NCBI RefSeq assembly: GCF_009914755.1
Contig: NC_060936.1
Reading direction: 5' to 3' (one strand)
DNA: 64,000 bases
Source of the DNA: the human T2T-CHM13v2.0 reference genome, Homo sapiens
The position numbers and the translations under genes are program-made. Positions 25,940-38,240 of this stretch are shown here, in pieces; position 1 is the first letter of the stretch; each line of letters opens with the position of its first letter. The notes beneath the pieces were generated by a model, which made no database searches, had not been told where the DNA came from, and was given only the letters and a program-made list of their open reading frames with translations.

Positions 25940-27010
25940 ACTTGTTAGTCAAGTGGCCATGGTGGCAGAAAGTGACATCCTAGCTTAACTATGTGAGCTT
26001 CCCTTCACCAAGGGTTTCTTGACATCATCAATTTGCCAGCTCTGGTGACAAACACTGACACTGCCATCTGATACCATTCCAAGGATACTGGTCAGTCACA
26101 TGGTGGCTGGTGAGCCATATTTAACTCCTTCTTTTGGGGAGGAGGAAGCACTATACCGTAACTAAAATAAGCACTATTTGGATTTGGATTTACTTTCCTT
26201 TCCTCCCCCACCTTGCTTCTGCCAAAGCTATGATTTGTAGATAATCTAGATTCCTTGTTCACTATCACAGTATCCCACCCAATGTTGCTTCTCACCAAGA
26301 AACTTTTTTGGGAGAGGAAGCCAACAGGCTGACACACATGAAAATTCATGTTCTTATAAACTCTCTGTCCTGGAAGCAACTGGCTTTACAAAACAGTGGA
26401 ATGACTGAGGTAAGACTCAGTTATGATGCCAACTTGAAGTTGAAATCTTGAAAGGTTGGGGTACCATTTTGGAGGTGAGACGTGTTTTCCTGTGTTTGAT
26501 ACATGATGAAGGCTCTTGCTGAAAAGATAAATCCAGGGACCAAGGTAAGGAAATGGGAATGCCATTTCTCATGATCACATTAATATTACACCTGTGACTC
26601 TGGACAATAAATGTATAGGATTTTAGTAGTTGGAGGAGAAATGCTTTAACCACAGGAAGCAACAGATACTGCCATCCTGCTATTTCAGGCTCCTTTTACT
26701 ACTTGGCAGGGAAAATATGGGTCATAGTATTGGCTGGGGTGACTGATCCTGTTAGCAAAGATTTCTGATACATATTTTGATACACAGTGGGATCAGAGAG
26801 GAATATAAATGAATCTAAAGGAACCTTTTAGGATTCCCCTGTCTGGTGGTAAGTTAAGGGAAGATATAGCAATTCTATATAGGCAGGAACCACTGAAAAC
26901 TCAGATCCCTCAGGAGTCAAGTTTTGGGTCACTTCACAATAGAAACAGTGGCCATTTGAAGAGAAAATAAAAGGAACGTAGATGAGTAGTTGAGGGTGGA
27001 AATAATAAAT
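25940..27010 (+). mobile_element. Degenerate ERVL internal (integrase-region) relic
   Basis: gtggccatggtggcag...cccttcaccaagg...ggatttggatttactttcct...gcttctgccaaa...gcttctcaccaagaaac...cctggaagcaactggct is colinear with ERVL pol; no open frame. Confidence 0.75.
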
Positions 27011-27109
27011 TTTCACTATGGTCTTTTTACCAGGGAAGCCATGCTTTGAGAGAAGACATGAAAAGAGCAGGACATATTTTTATTTAACCAGTTCTGTTAC
27101 TGAGCACAT

Positions 27110-27650
27110 AAAATCATAAAGCAAACCCTCCAAAGATTTTCTTCTGCAACCAGAATAAAATCCAAACTTATTTGAATTTATTGAGGCTTACAAAATACTA
27201 TGTAAATTGGCACTTGCCTACCTCTCTCACTCTATCTCATTCCACTTATCCAATTGCCTGCCATGTTTAAGCCTATGGGTAAAGCTCATTTCAGCCTCAA
27301 GGATTTGCTCTAGCTGTTCCCTCCACCTGGAATGTTTCCCCCAACATATCCAGATGGCTTAATCCCTCACTTCATTTGGCTCTCTGCTCAAATGCTCTTG
27401 TTAGTGAAACCTTCCCTTCGCACCCTATATAAACAGCACTACCCCATGTTCTCTCTCTTCCCCTTATCCATGATTTAGTTTCCATGTTAGAACTGGTAAC
27501 TGTATTACATATTAGACATGTATGTGTTTCTTATCTGTCCCTCTCCAGTGGGATATAATCTCCACGAAGAGAGAGACTTTTTGTTGGTTGTTGAATCCTC
27601 AGAGCCTAGAACTGTAGAGTTGCTCAAGTATTTGTTGAATACATGATTTA
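27110..27650 (+). mobile_element. L2 3' end
   Basis: ctgttccctccacctggaatg...ctcaagtatttgttgaatacatga. Confidence 0.85.
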
Positions 27651-28899
27651 ATTAATTTATGACAGAGGAAAGATTTGTTAACAGATTCTAGAAAGCCTTG
27701 GAAATCAGACTGAGATGTTTGGAACCTTAACATTTTGAATAAATTAGTAAGGAGTAAAATAGAAGCTATTTTAGAGAGTTTTTGAAATTGCTCAGGGACC
27801 TTTGCTGTCTTCCAAGTTCTTTGGTCATTCAGAATTGTGCCAATGACTTCCGCTGTTCTGGGGATGCTTTTATGTTGATCCCTATTCTTCAATAAGTGCC
27901 CCCAACCCTCCCTGCTGGTTACCCTTGTTTCCTTTTCCAGCTAGCAACAGACCTCTCTCCCTCTTTCCCATTTTTTGTTTAACATTTTCTTCTCTAAGTG
28001 GTATATTTTGATTATTCAGCAGCTGCTTCATGCAGATGGTGGGAAGGGGCCTTGTATATTTGTTATTGCCCAGTATCCTGATGAATATGCCATTTGCTTC
28101 TGTGTATCAGCTTTTGAAGGCTATTCTAAAGCTTCTGCTTCGTACTTTCATTATCAGAATGTACAGGCTGCTGCTCAGATGGCTGGTTCTAGTGAAATAG
28201 ATATAGTATGGAGTTAGCTCTTTACTATCCAGCAGGGCAGTTGAGGTGGCCTTCTTTTTCCACTTGTTCTGTCCAAATCATTCTGCTTCAAATCATTGCT
28301 GCTTCAAGGTTTGTCTGGAAACTCCTGCTTTTTTTTCAGGCCTTGCTGGTCTTCTCCTTGAGCTCCTTTCACATGTATAGCTTATATCTCACATCTAAGC
28401 CCTTAATTATATGCTGTTACACATTATTCCTTCAGGGCTTCAGACACTCTTCTGCCTTCATGTAGTTATAAGTTCACACATTCCCATCATCAACACATTT
28501 CTTCATCAGTAATCATCAGTATTAGAGAGCTTGACATGCCCCACTCCATTCTATTTGAAAACCTCTGCCTATTATTTCATTTGTCTGAATTATCTTCCTC
28601 AATTAGATTGTAAATTCTTGCATCCTTGATTGTATCTCATGTTTCTATAGTATTCTTCTAGTTATGGTTTGATGCCTAGAATAGTACTGGGCACATAATG
28701 GATGCTTTTTTCTACAAGAATTAATTGATATTTTTTATTGAGTCCTAATTGATTTTTTTTCACTGAAATATAGTCACCATGTGTATATATATTTGATGTT
28801 TTTACCTCCATTCCAAACTTTCAGGACAGCTATGCTAGTTCTAATCTGTTCTTAGATTGATCCTATGACTATGCAATGTGACTACAAGGAAAATCCAGT

Positions 28900-29420
28900 T
28901 TTGGTTCTGTAAGAATTAACTCCATTCCTAAGATAGCAAAGACCAGGCCTACCTTCCCTGCCACCACTCAGGCCTCTTCCAGCCTGACCCCCAACATCCA
29001 AGAAAGCAGGAGTGCAGCTGAAGACAGGGTACAACCATGTGAGCAATCAATTGATTGATAATTAATGAATCAATCAATCATGCCTATATCATAAAACCCC
29101 AATAAAAACTCTGGACACTGAGCTGAGTTCCCCAAGATGGTAATACTCTGTATTGTTAAACATCAATGCTGGAAAGATAATTTGTACTGAGGACAATAGA
29201 AGCTTCTCATTTGGAATCCTAAACTCTATTCTGTGTGTCTTTTCTTTTCGCTGGTCCTAATCCTTTTCTGTAATAAATCGTAGCTGTGAGTATAATAGTT
29301 TTCAGTGAGTTCTATGAATCTTTCTAAATAATTATCAAATCTGAGGTAGTTTAGGGACTTCCCCAAACTCGCAGTTAGTGTCAAAACTTAGGGCAGTCTG
29401 GGAGATTGTTCCCACTTTGG
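28900..29420 (+). mobile_element. MER21/MER77-family LTR
   Basis: aatcaatcatgcctatatcataaaaccccaataaaaactctggacactgag...gtgagtataatagttttcagtgagttctatga. Confidence 0.75.
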
Positions 29421-29930
29421 CTAACTCCAGGTAATGAAACACCTACAACCCCCCCGCCTTTCCTGGGTAATGACAACTTATCCAGTTGACTGGAATGACA
29501 ACTTTACACTGTTGTAGCTTGAGAGAGACAGGACTGGATTTTCTTTGTGTTCTAGTTTATTTTCTCACCCACTCCGTTAGTGCTGGCTTCATTTCTCAGC
29601 TTCCAGACCCTCTCTGCATAATATGCCTCATCTTGTACTCATCCCTGCCTCAGCTCCAGGCTTCATGGAGGTAGGATAGATAGGAAGACCTGCAATGCAG
29701 CTGGTGCAGCTCACTATTAAGGCTCTCTAAAAGTCAGAAGTGGCCTCCTGGGAACCAGGAATGACCCTTGGCCACTGTCCCACAAACTTACAACTTCCCT
29801 CACTTCCAATCACACCTGGGACTTAGTACCACCAGGACAGATCATTAGGTGCCTGAGGATGCTGGGTTTCCTCTGCATTAAGAACCTTTTCTGCCTCTTC
29901 CCAGTACTTCCTGATGTTGGCTTAGCCCCA

Positions 29931-32294
29931 TGTATTAGTCCATTCTCATGCTGTTAATAAAGACATACCCAGGACTGGGTAATTTATAAAGGAAAAATGT
30001 TTAATTGACTCACAGTTCAGCATGTCTGGGAAGGTCTTAGGAAATGTACAATCATAGTGGAAGGAGAAGCAAACACATCCTTTTTCACATGGTGGTAACA
30101 AGAAGAAGTGCCCAACAAAAAGGGGGAAAATCCCCTTATAAAATTATCAGATCTCATGAGAACTCACTCACTATCACGAGAACAGCTTGGGGGTAACTGC
30201 CCCTATGATTCAATTACCTCCTACTGGGTCCCTCCTATGACACATGGGGATTATGGGAACTCAATTCAAGATGAGGACATTCAAGATGAGGATATGGGAA
30301 CTCAATTCAAGATGGGGACACAACCAAACCCTATTATTCCACCCTGGCCCCTACCAAATCTCATGGCTTCACATTTCAAAACACAATCATGCCCTTCCAA
30401 CAGTCCCCCAAAGTCTTACCTCATTCCAGCATTAACTCAAAAGTCCAAGTCCAAAGTCTCATCTGAGACAAGGCAAGTTCCTTCCACCTGTGAGCCCGTA
30501 AAATCAAAAACAAGTTAGTTACTTCTCAGATACAGTGGGGGTACAGGCATTGGCTAAATACACCCATTCCAAATGGGAGAAATTGGCCAGAAAAAAGGGG
30601 CTACAGGCCCCATGCAAGTCTGAAATCCAATAGGGCAGTCATTAAATCTTAAAGTTCCAAAACGATATCCTTTGACTCCATGTCTCACATCCAGGGCATG
30701 CTGTTGCACAGGTGGGCTCCCACAGCCTTGGGCAGCTCTGCCTCTGTGGCTTTGCAGGGTATAGCCCCCCTCCCTGCTGCCTTCACAGCTGGCATTGAGT
30801 GTCTGTTGCTTTTCTAGGTGCATGGTGCAAGCTGTTGGTGGATCTACAATTTTGGGGTCTGGAGGATGGTGGCTGTCTTTTCACAGCTCCACTAGGCAGT
30901 GCCCCATTGGGGACTCTGTGTTGGGGCTCTGACCTCACATTTCCCTTCTGCCTGCCCTAGCAGAGGTTCTCCCTGAGGGCTCTGCCCCTGCAGCAAACTT
31001 CTGCCTGGACATGCAGGTATTTCCATACATCCTCAGAAATCTAGGCAGAGATTTCCAAACCTCAATTCTTGACTTCTGTGCACCTGCAGGCTCAACACCA
31101 TATGGAAGCTGCCAAGGCTTGGAGCTTGCACTTTATGAAGCCATGATCCAAGCTGTACCTTGGTCCCTTTTAGCCATGGCTGGAGCTGAAGCTGCTGTGA
31201 CACAGGACACCATGTCCCAAGGCTGCACAGAGGAGGGGGGCCCTGAGCCTGGCCCATGAAACTATTTTTCCCTCCTAGGCTTCCAGGCCTGTGAAGGGAG
31301 GGGCCTTTGCAAAGGTCTTGGACATACCCTGGAGACATTTTCCCCGTTATCTTGGTGATTAACGTTCTGCACCTTGTTACTTAGGCAAATTTCTCCAGCA
31401 GGCTTGAATTTCTCCCCAGAAAATGGGTTTTTCTTTTCTATCGTATTGTCAGCCTGCAAATTTTCCAAACTTTTATGCTGTGCTTTCTCTCGAATGTTTT
31501 GCCACTTAGAAATTTCTTCTGCCAGATACCCTAAGCCCTCTCTTTCAAGTTCAAAGTTTCACAGATGTCTAGGGCAGGGGCAAAATGCTGCCAGTCTCTT
31601 TGCTAAAGCATAAGAACAGTTACCTTTGCTGTAGTTCCCAAGAATTTTCTCATCTCCATCTGAGATCACCCTGGACTTTGTTGTCCATATCACTATCAGC
31701 ATTTTGGTCAAAGCCATTCAACAAGCCTCCAGGAAGTTTCAGACTTTCCCACATCTTCCTGTTTCCTTAGCCCTCCAAGTTTCTAGGAAGTTCCAAACTT
31801 TCCTACATTTTTTCTGTCTTTTTCTGAGCCTTCCGAATAGTTTCAATCTTTGCCTGTTACCCAGTTCTAAAATCACTTCCACATTTTTGGGTATCTTTAC
31901 AGCAGCACTCCACTCTCTGTGGTACCAATTTACTGTATTAGTTTGTTCTCATGCTGCTAATAAAGACATACCCAGAACTGGGTAATTTATAAAGGAAAGA
32001 GGTTTAATTGACTCCCAATTCAACATGGCTGAGGAGGCCTCAAGAAATTTATAATCATGGTGGAAGGGAAAGCAAACACATCCTTCTTCACATGGTGGTG
32101 GCAAGGAGAAGTTCCCAGCAAAAAGGGGGAAAAGCCCCTAATAAAACCATCAGATCTTGTGAGAACTCACTTACTATCATGAGAACAGCATGAGGGTAAC
32201 TGCTCCCATGATTCAATTACCTCCTACCATAGTCCCTCCCACGACATGTGGGGATTATGGGAGCTACAATTCAAGATGAGATTTGGGTGGGGAC
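29931..32294 (-). mobile_element. THE1 (THE1C-like) MaLR provirus: LTR-internal-LTR
   Basis: 3' LTR from 29931 to ~30335, internal to ~31933, 5' LTR 31934-~32294 lacking its terminal ~15 nt. Clearly homologous to the element at 14678-16904. Confidence 0.93.
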
Positions 32295-32326
32295 CATGGA
32301 GTCCCCACCCAAGTGGGATCATGGGA

Positions 32327-32687
32327 TGATATGGTTTGGCTGTGTCCCCACCCAGATCTCATCTTGAATTGTAGCTCTCATAAACTCCATGTGTTATGGG
32401 AGGGACCCAGTGGGAGGTAATTGAATCATGGGGACGGGTCTTTCCCATACTGTTCTTGTAATAATGAATAAGTCTCATGAGATCTGGTGGTTTTATAAAG
32501 GGGAATTCCCCTGCACACACTCTCTCTTGCCTGCCACCACATAAGGTGTGACTTAGCTCCTCATTCATCTTCAGCCATGATTTGAGGCCTCCCTAGCCAT
32601 GTGGAAAGGTAAATCAATTAACTTTCCATGATAAATTACCCCATCTCGTGTATGTCTTTATTAGCAGCATGAGAACAGACTAATACA
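32327..32687 (+). mobile_element. THE1B/C-type LTR, head-to-head with the preceding provirus
   Basis: TGATATGGTTTGGCTGTGTCCCCACCC...CAGACTAATACA termini. Confidence 0.93.
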
Positions 32688-32689
32688 CA

Positions 32690-32860
32690 CCATGTTTTAC
32701 AAACTGGACTGATGATAAGAATCACCTGGGGCTGTTGTTAAATGTTCAGATTCGCAGCATGTCTAATGGAGATTTTGATTGTAGGTCTGGGTTTTGGCTC
32801 AGGAGTCTGTTTTATTTTAATTTAAATATTAAGTGCCCCAGTTATTCTTATAATCATCTA
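32690..32860. mobile_element. MER5-family DNA transposon
   Basis: aagaatcacctggggctgttgttaaa...gtaggtctggg. Confidence 0.7.
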
Positions 32861-33159
32861 CTACATCCCTGTGCCTTAAGTTTTGCTTCATGTCCATTTT
32901 GAACTTTAAATTACCATCTTACATATTTCCCCTGTCCTTGCTGGTGTTAGAAAACAAACCTGAATCTGTTCTGCATACCCTCTGTGTTGGAGGAGTCATG
33001 CCCTAGTCCTCATCCTGGGGCGGGCAGTTCTCTTACCCTGCCTCATTATGACCAACCCTCCTTTCTGGCACTAGGCTCTTTCCTGTGCCCCATTCCAGTG
33101 TCTGCAGTCTTGCCACTTGTAGATGGACATCTGATATGGTGATCAACTCCACAAACAAC

Positions 33160-34060
33160 TTCATTTAATTCAATAAACATTTACTGACTTGAGTTATGTC
33201 CCAGGCACTGTGCTAGGTGCTGGCAAGATGAAAAAAGGAAAGAACAGTTTAAAGGGTGTGACAGACACATAAAGAAACAGCCATAATATTGTGTGATAAA
33301 TGCTTTAGCAGAAGCATGTACAAAGTGCTATGGAAACTCAGACGAGAGTGTGATTAATTCCTCCTGGGAAGGGTCAGGAAAAGTCACAGAGAAGAGTTTA
33401 CATTTGGAAGGTAATCAAAAGTTCTCTCAGAGGTCAGGGAGAGGGGAGGGCCTTCCAAGCAGAGAGCAAAGCCGAAACAAATCCAAGGAGAGTGAGAGTG
33501 CTTGATTTACTCCGGCAACTTGGACTGAGTCACCCAGTGGGCCAAGAGCAGTGTTTTTTCCAAGTGTAGTCCTCATGCCATCTTCATCCATAATTCCTTG
33601 GGTAGCCTATTAGAAATACACATTTCAAGATCTTAACCTCATACTTACTGATTTGTAATCTTGGGGTGCAGCCTGACAACGTTTATTCATAACTAACCCC
33701 CTCAGTGATTCTTTAAACTGAAAATAAAGCAGTTGTTCTCTACTTTGGTACATTATAATCATCAGGGAGCTTTAGAAAATACTGAGGCCTGATCTTATCC
33801 TCCAAGGTTCCCATTTAAGAGGTTTGGGATATAGCCTGGGCATCTCCATTTTTAAAGCTCCCCCAGTGATTTTAATGCATGGAACCACTGCACCCAATTT
33901 GAGGACCACAGAACGAGAGCATCAGATTCAAGAAGGCAAAGCAGGCACTTGGAGACCTGCTACAAATTATAATGGAGATGTAAAAAGTTCATGCAGAGTT
34001 TTCCATGCCATGTTGGGGAGTTTGGTTTCAATTTTGTAGATGGTGAAGAGACAATGCAAG
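33160..34060 (-). mobile_element. L2 3' end interrupted by two MER5-type elements (~33550-33720 and ~33728-33910)
   Basis: ttcaataaacatttactga...ccaggcactgtgctaggtgctgg; cagtgttttttccaagtgtagtcc and cagttgttctc...aatcatcagggagcttt...ttgaggaccac. Confidence 0.75.
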
Positions 34061-34949
34061 AGGTGGCTCCTACGGGCTCATATTTCTGTTTAGGCCTCAA
34101 TAAATGGTGGTGTTAGAAAACAAGATTGAATCTGGTTTGTACACCCATGGTGTTGAGGGAAGGGATGCTTTACTACCACTCCATGAAGTGGGCTCAACTA
34201 TGCCCTCAGAGTAACTGTTCGTCTTTCAGATAAAGGCTCTGAATACTCCTGTTGCTTTCTTAAGAGACACAGTGGGCACCTATCCTGTACTCACTGTTGA
34301 AAAATCCTCAACTGTATCCCACGTAAATTCTGAGCCGTGCAAAGCTTCATGAAGGGAAGACCTAAGGGAGATTGGTGGTGGGCATTATATATTCACATGG
34401 TCTCCATTAGGCCCAGCAGTTACAGGTATTGACTTCAACCTTGAAGTTCAGGAATAGAAGAAAATGTGTTGTGTGGATTATTGTGCCTACAAGGCACAGA
34501 GAAGTTTTGGGATAGATTGCAATGGCATAGAAGAAGGAGAGGTGAGAGGTGAGTGGGGAAAGTATAGTTATAAGCCAATCACCACTCCACAGTGAGGTGT
34601 TGGGACTTTTGTGGACCACCTTGATTAAGATAGAACCAGATATGTTGTGGGTACAGTTGTGAAGGAAAATGAAGGGAGGTCAGAAGTCTAATGCTGGAGC
34701 CACCTGAAGACCCTGACTAGCAGCTAGTCATGCAGACCTCAATGAAGTCTCTCCCTCTCATTGTCTCTTCAATTTTCTCCCCTTTCCCTCTTCTATCTTC
34801 TCAGTCTTTTCCCCTCTTCTTTAACCCTCTGCATCCTCACTGCCCATAGTGCTCCCAGAAACAACAATAAAGCCTACCAGACTCCAACATTTCTTAATGG
34901 GCCCATGAGTTACAGCCTTTGTTGAAACTTATTGCTAAGAAGAATGTTG

Positions 34950-35120
34950 GTGATTCTTTGGTACAACCTCTTCAATTTGTGAATGGAGAAATGGAGGTCC
35001 AGAAAGGAGACATGATTGTCCAGGGGAAAAAAAAAAGGTCATAGAGCTAGTTAGCGGTAGAATTCAAACAGATCCATGTCTTCTGACTTTCTCTATTAGC
35101 CTGCATCTACTGTGCTATGC
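34950..35120 (-). mobile_element. MIR fragment
   Basis: ggagaaatggaggtccagaaagg...aaggtcatagagctagttag. Confidence 0.7.
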
Positions 35121-36139
35121 TCCGGTCACAATGGGGAATTCTCATACTTTGCATGCTTTGAGGGGTAAATTGTACACTCTTCACGTTTGGTTCCTACAAC
35201 CACTTTGTAAGAAGGCTATAGCCATTAGTTCATCATGTGTGCTAAGTTCAAAAAGAAGGAATGTGCTTTGCTTAAGAATGCGAGTTTCACCAGAAAGGAA
35301 GTAGAAATTTATAAAATAGGAAAGTTCAGGTTTACATAATTTTAGGCCATATGAGTAGAATTTTTATATAGTAGATTCTAAAATTACTGTTTTCCATTAT
35401 CATGATGTAGAGTCCCAGAACCATTACCCTAGGACAAGGAAAGACTTTGTCTGATGGTTGTGTGTTTGAGTGCAGGAAAAGACAGGATGTGGTTACATAA
35501 CTTTGGTGTTTTGACCTTGGTCTTGCTTCATTTTGAAGGCTTCTAACCTTGTTTGCTGGTGCCCTCATGAGTATGTGGAAGATGAGATCGTTGCTTCTCT
35601 CACACAACAGTGCAATGAGAACATTATCTGTGACATTATGGAGTCTGGGAATCCAGTGTAGCATCTGAGTCAGTCCTAGCCCAATAGCAGGCACTCATGG
35701 GTTATTTTTTGAGTTGAGTTGAGATGAGGCCTGCAGGTCTGCAGCAAATTACTATTGATGCCATCTTGAGCAAGTCGTTTTCTTTCTCCAAACTCACTCT
35801 TCTCTCTTACAAAATAACAGACAAGAACAAGACAACTTCTGACATTCCTTCCCACTCAGAGATTGGCATCCCTTTTTTAAAAAATCCCAGAAATTTGGAC
35901 TTAGGAGACCCTTTGAAGGTCAATTAGCCCAACCCACAGCTTGTTCAAGGCAGAGCCAGATTATTCAAAGAAGTAGAGATTTGGCAACTTCATGGCTTGT
36001 ATAATAGTGGAAATCAGCCAAAAAGAATAATTGAGGTTAAAAAGTTATTTGAGGGCCAGAATTACTCTCTTTGGTCAATATCCATCACATTAATGAGGAA
36101 TAGTGAAATCTCTATTTTGCTTTGGTTTTCTCCTTTGCT

Positions 36140-36510
36140 CTCTACTGATATATAACATATATACATCAGTAAAATGCACAAGTCTTAAGTGTACAGTGTG
36201 AGGAATTTTTACATATGTATCCACCCATGTAACTATCTCACAAATCAAGATACAGAACATTTTGACAACTGGAGAAAGCTTCCTCATGCCTTCACTACCC
36301 TCTCTCAAGGGATAGATCTAATTTCTATCACTGTAGGTTTGTTTTGTCTAGTTTTGAACTTTATATGAATGGAACCACAGCGTATATAACCCATTGTGTC
36401 TGACTTTTCACTCAACCTTGTGTCTAAGATTCATCCATATTGTTGCATATGTCAGGAGTCTTTTTGTTGTTGTTGCAATGTGTGAATTGTAAGACTACCA
36501 CAACTTAAGA
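36140..36510 (-). mobile_element. L1ME-type 3' fragment
   Basis: aaaatgcacaagtcttaagtgtacag...cacccatgtaac...agattcatccatattgttgca. Confidence 0.8.
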
Positions 36511-38009
36511 ATTCATCAGTGCAGATTATTAGCTACAGACGAGGAGAAAAAGTTAGAAGATTTGTCTCCTAATCTTATTATTAAGTAGCTACATGAACCT
36601 CTCTCTGGGCCCATTTTCCTCAACTGTGAGTGAAGAGGTCAGGCTAAAGAATCACTAGCAATTTTTCTAATTCTAAAGGCCAAAGAATGTATGTGAATCA
36701 CAGACCAAACAAGCATCTGGAAGATATGAAAAAAATCACATATCTGACAAAGAACTCATCCTAGAATATGTAAGTGACTCCTACAAATCAATAAGCAAAG
36801 AAGAAAAGTCAATTAAAAATGGGAAACATGAGTGTGTGCATGTGTGTGTGGTATTTGCTGCTATTGTTGTTATAGTAAAGAAAAAAATTGTTCAGTGGGA
36901 AACCTTAGGGTCATCATGATGACCATGTAATAAATATTTTCAAATATGCAGAAATGTTGGGCCATCCACATGATGCAGAAGCTGATTTTTGAAAAAGGAT
37001 CCCTTTGTATTATTTTCTGTAAGGGAGGCACCATGTTTAATTTTAGTGAATGCATGAAATGCATGCAAAAGGGCTTCATAAACTGTAAAGCTCTCTGCAA
37101 ATGAAAAGCATTATTATTATTCCAGATACAATATAAGTGCAGCTGACATCAACCACCATTTATCCCAGTTGCAGGTGTAACAACCAACAAGGGTATTGTC
37201 CTTTGTTCCTTTGCCACAGCTGTGAGAGAGCATCTGAATCCAATACATAAATAACAGCTGTGATTTTAATTGAGACTTTTGAGTGGATAAGCAAGGTGTA
37301 CACTGAACGCATAGCAACAGATAGGTTTTCATTTGGGCAGCCACATTATTATTTCCTCAGACTTTGAAAAGGGAAAGTTTTAACAGCCCTCTTGGAAGTG
37401 ACCCTTGTTTTTCCCCCCACCTGTTCGCAGTTACTGTCACAGAATGCGTCATCACTCTCCCACGCGCACAGTGGGAAAACAAGTTTGCCATCCAGAGCAA
37501 AGGGAGTTTTTATGCTGTGTCAGGGATACAAGAGTCTGTGTATGGTTCATTGTCCATTTCCCAATTAGGCTCCCTCCCTAGGCGTTGGAGCTTCCTGCCC
37601 AGAGAGCCTGCCTGGACTCCTTATCATTTCAGCAGAAATAAGTCACATGAGAAGCCACTGCAAATCAGATTTTTGCCAGAATGCTTGTGGTCTCTGCCTT
37701 GCCCTTTTTTTCCCCCAAGATTTTGCAACTCTGTTCTTGTCTTAGGAGGGTGAGAAATTATCCCATCAATGTAATCAACCCAGATTGGTCAACCAAAGGG
37801 AATTTGCTTGTTGAATCACATTTGCTGCTAGTATGTTCTTGGACAAGGGTATCTCCATGACTCTGTCCCTTGACTGGGGTGTCTAACTATTGGGTATTCT
37901 CTTTCTTGTACTGTGCATAGATATGTTTCAGACTTTGTATTTGCCCCTTAAAGCTGCCCTTGTGATAGATTTAGCAGCTCTGTAGTAATACACACTGAAA
38001 ACTAATCTA

Positions 38010-38240
38010 AACACTATATAGTTGTAGAGTGGAAAGAGTTTCAAAGCCCAGCAAATCTGAATTGGAATCAAAATTTATCACTATACCTGGGTGATAGGCC
38101 TCAGCTGCCTTATCTGTAAAATGGGGATAAAAATACCTCCCTAGCTCTGAAGATCATTGTAAGGTCAAGAGAGGCAATGCATGTACACTTCCCAGAGAGG
38201 GTCTGGCCCATAGTAATTGCCTCATAATTAGTGAGTGAGA
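38010..38240 (+). mobile_element. MIR
   Basis: cctcagctgccttatctgtaaaatggggataaaaatacctc. Confidence 0.8.

Noticed and set aside
25940-27010. ERVL integrase as a functional or co-opted gene
   Set aside because: Heavily mutated, with no continuous + strand reading frame.
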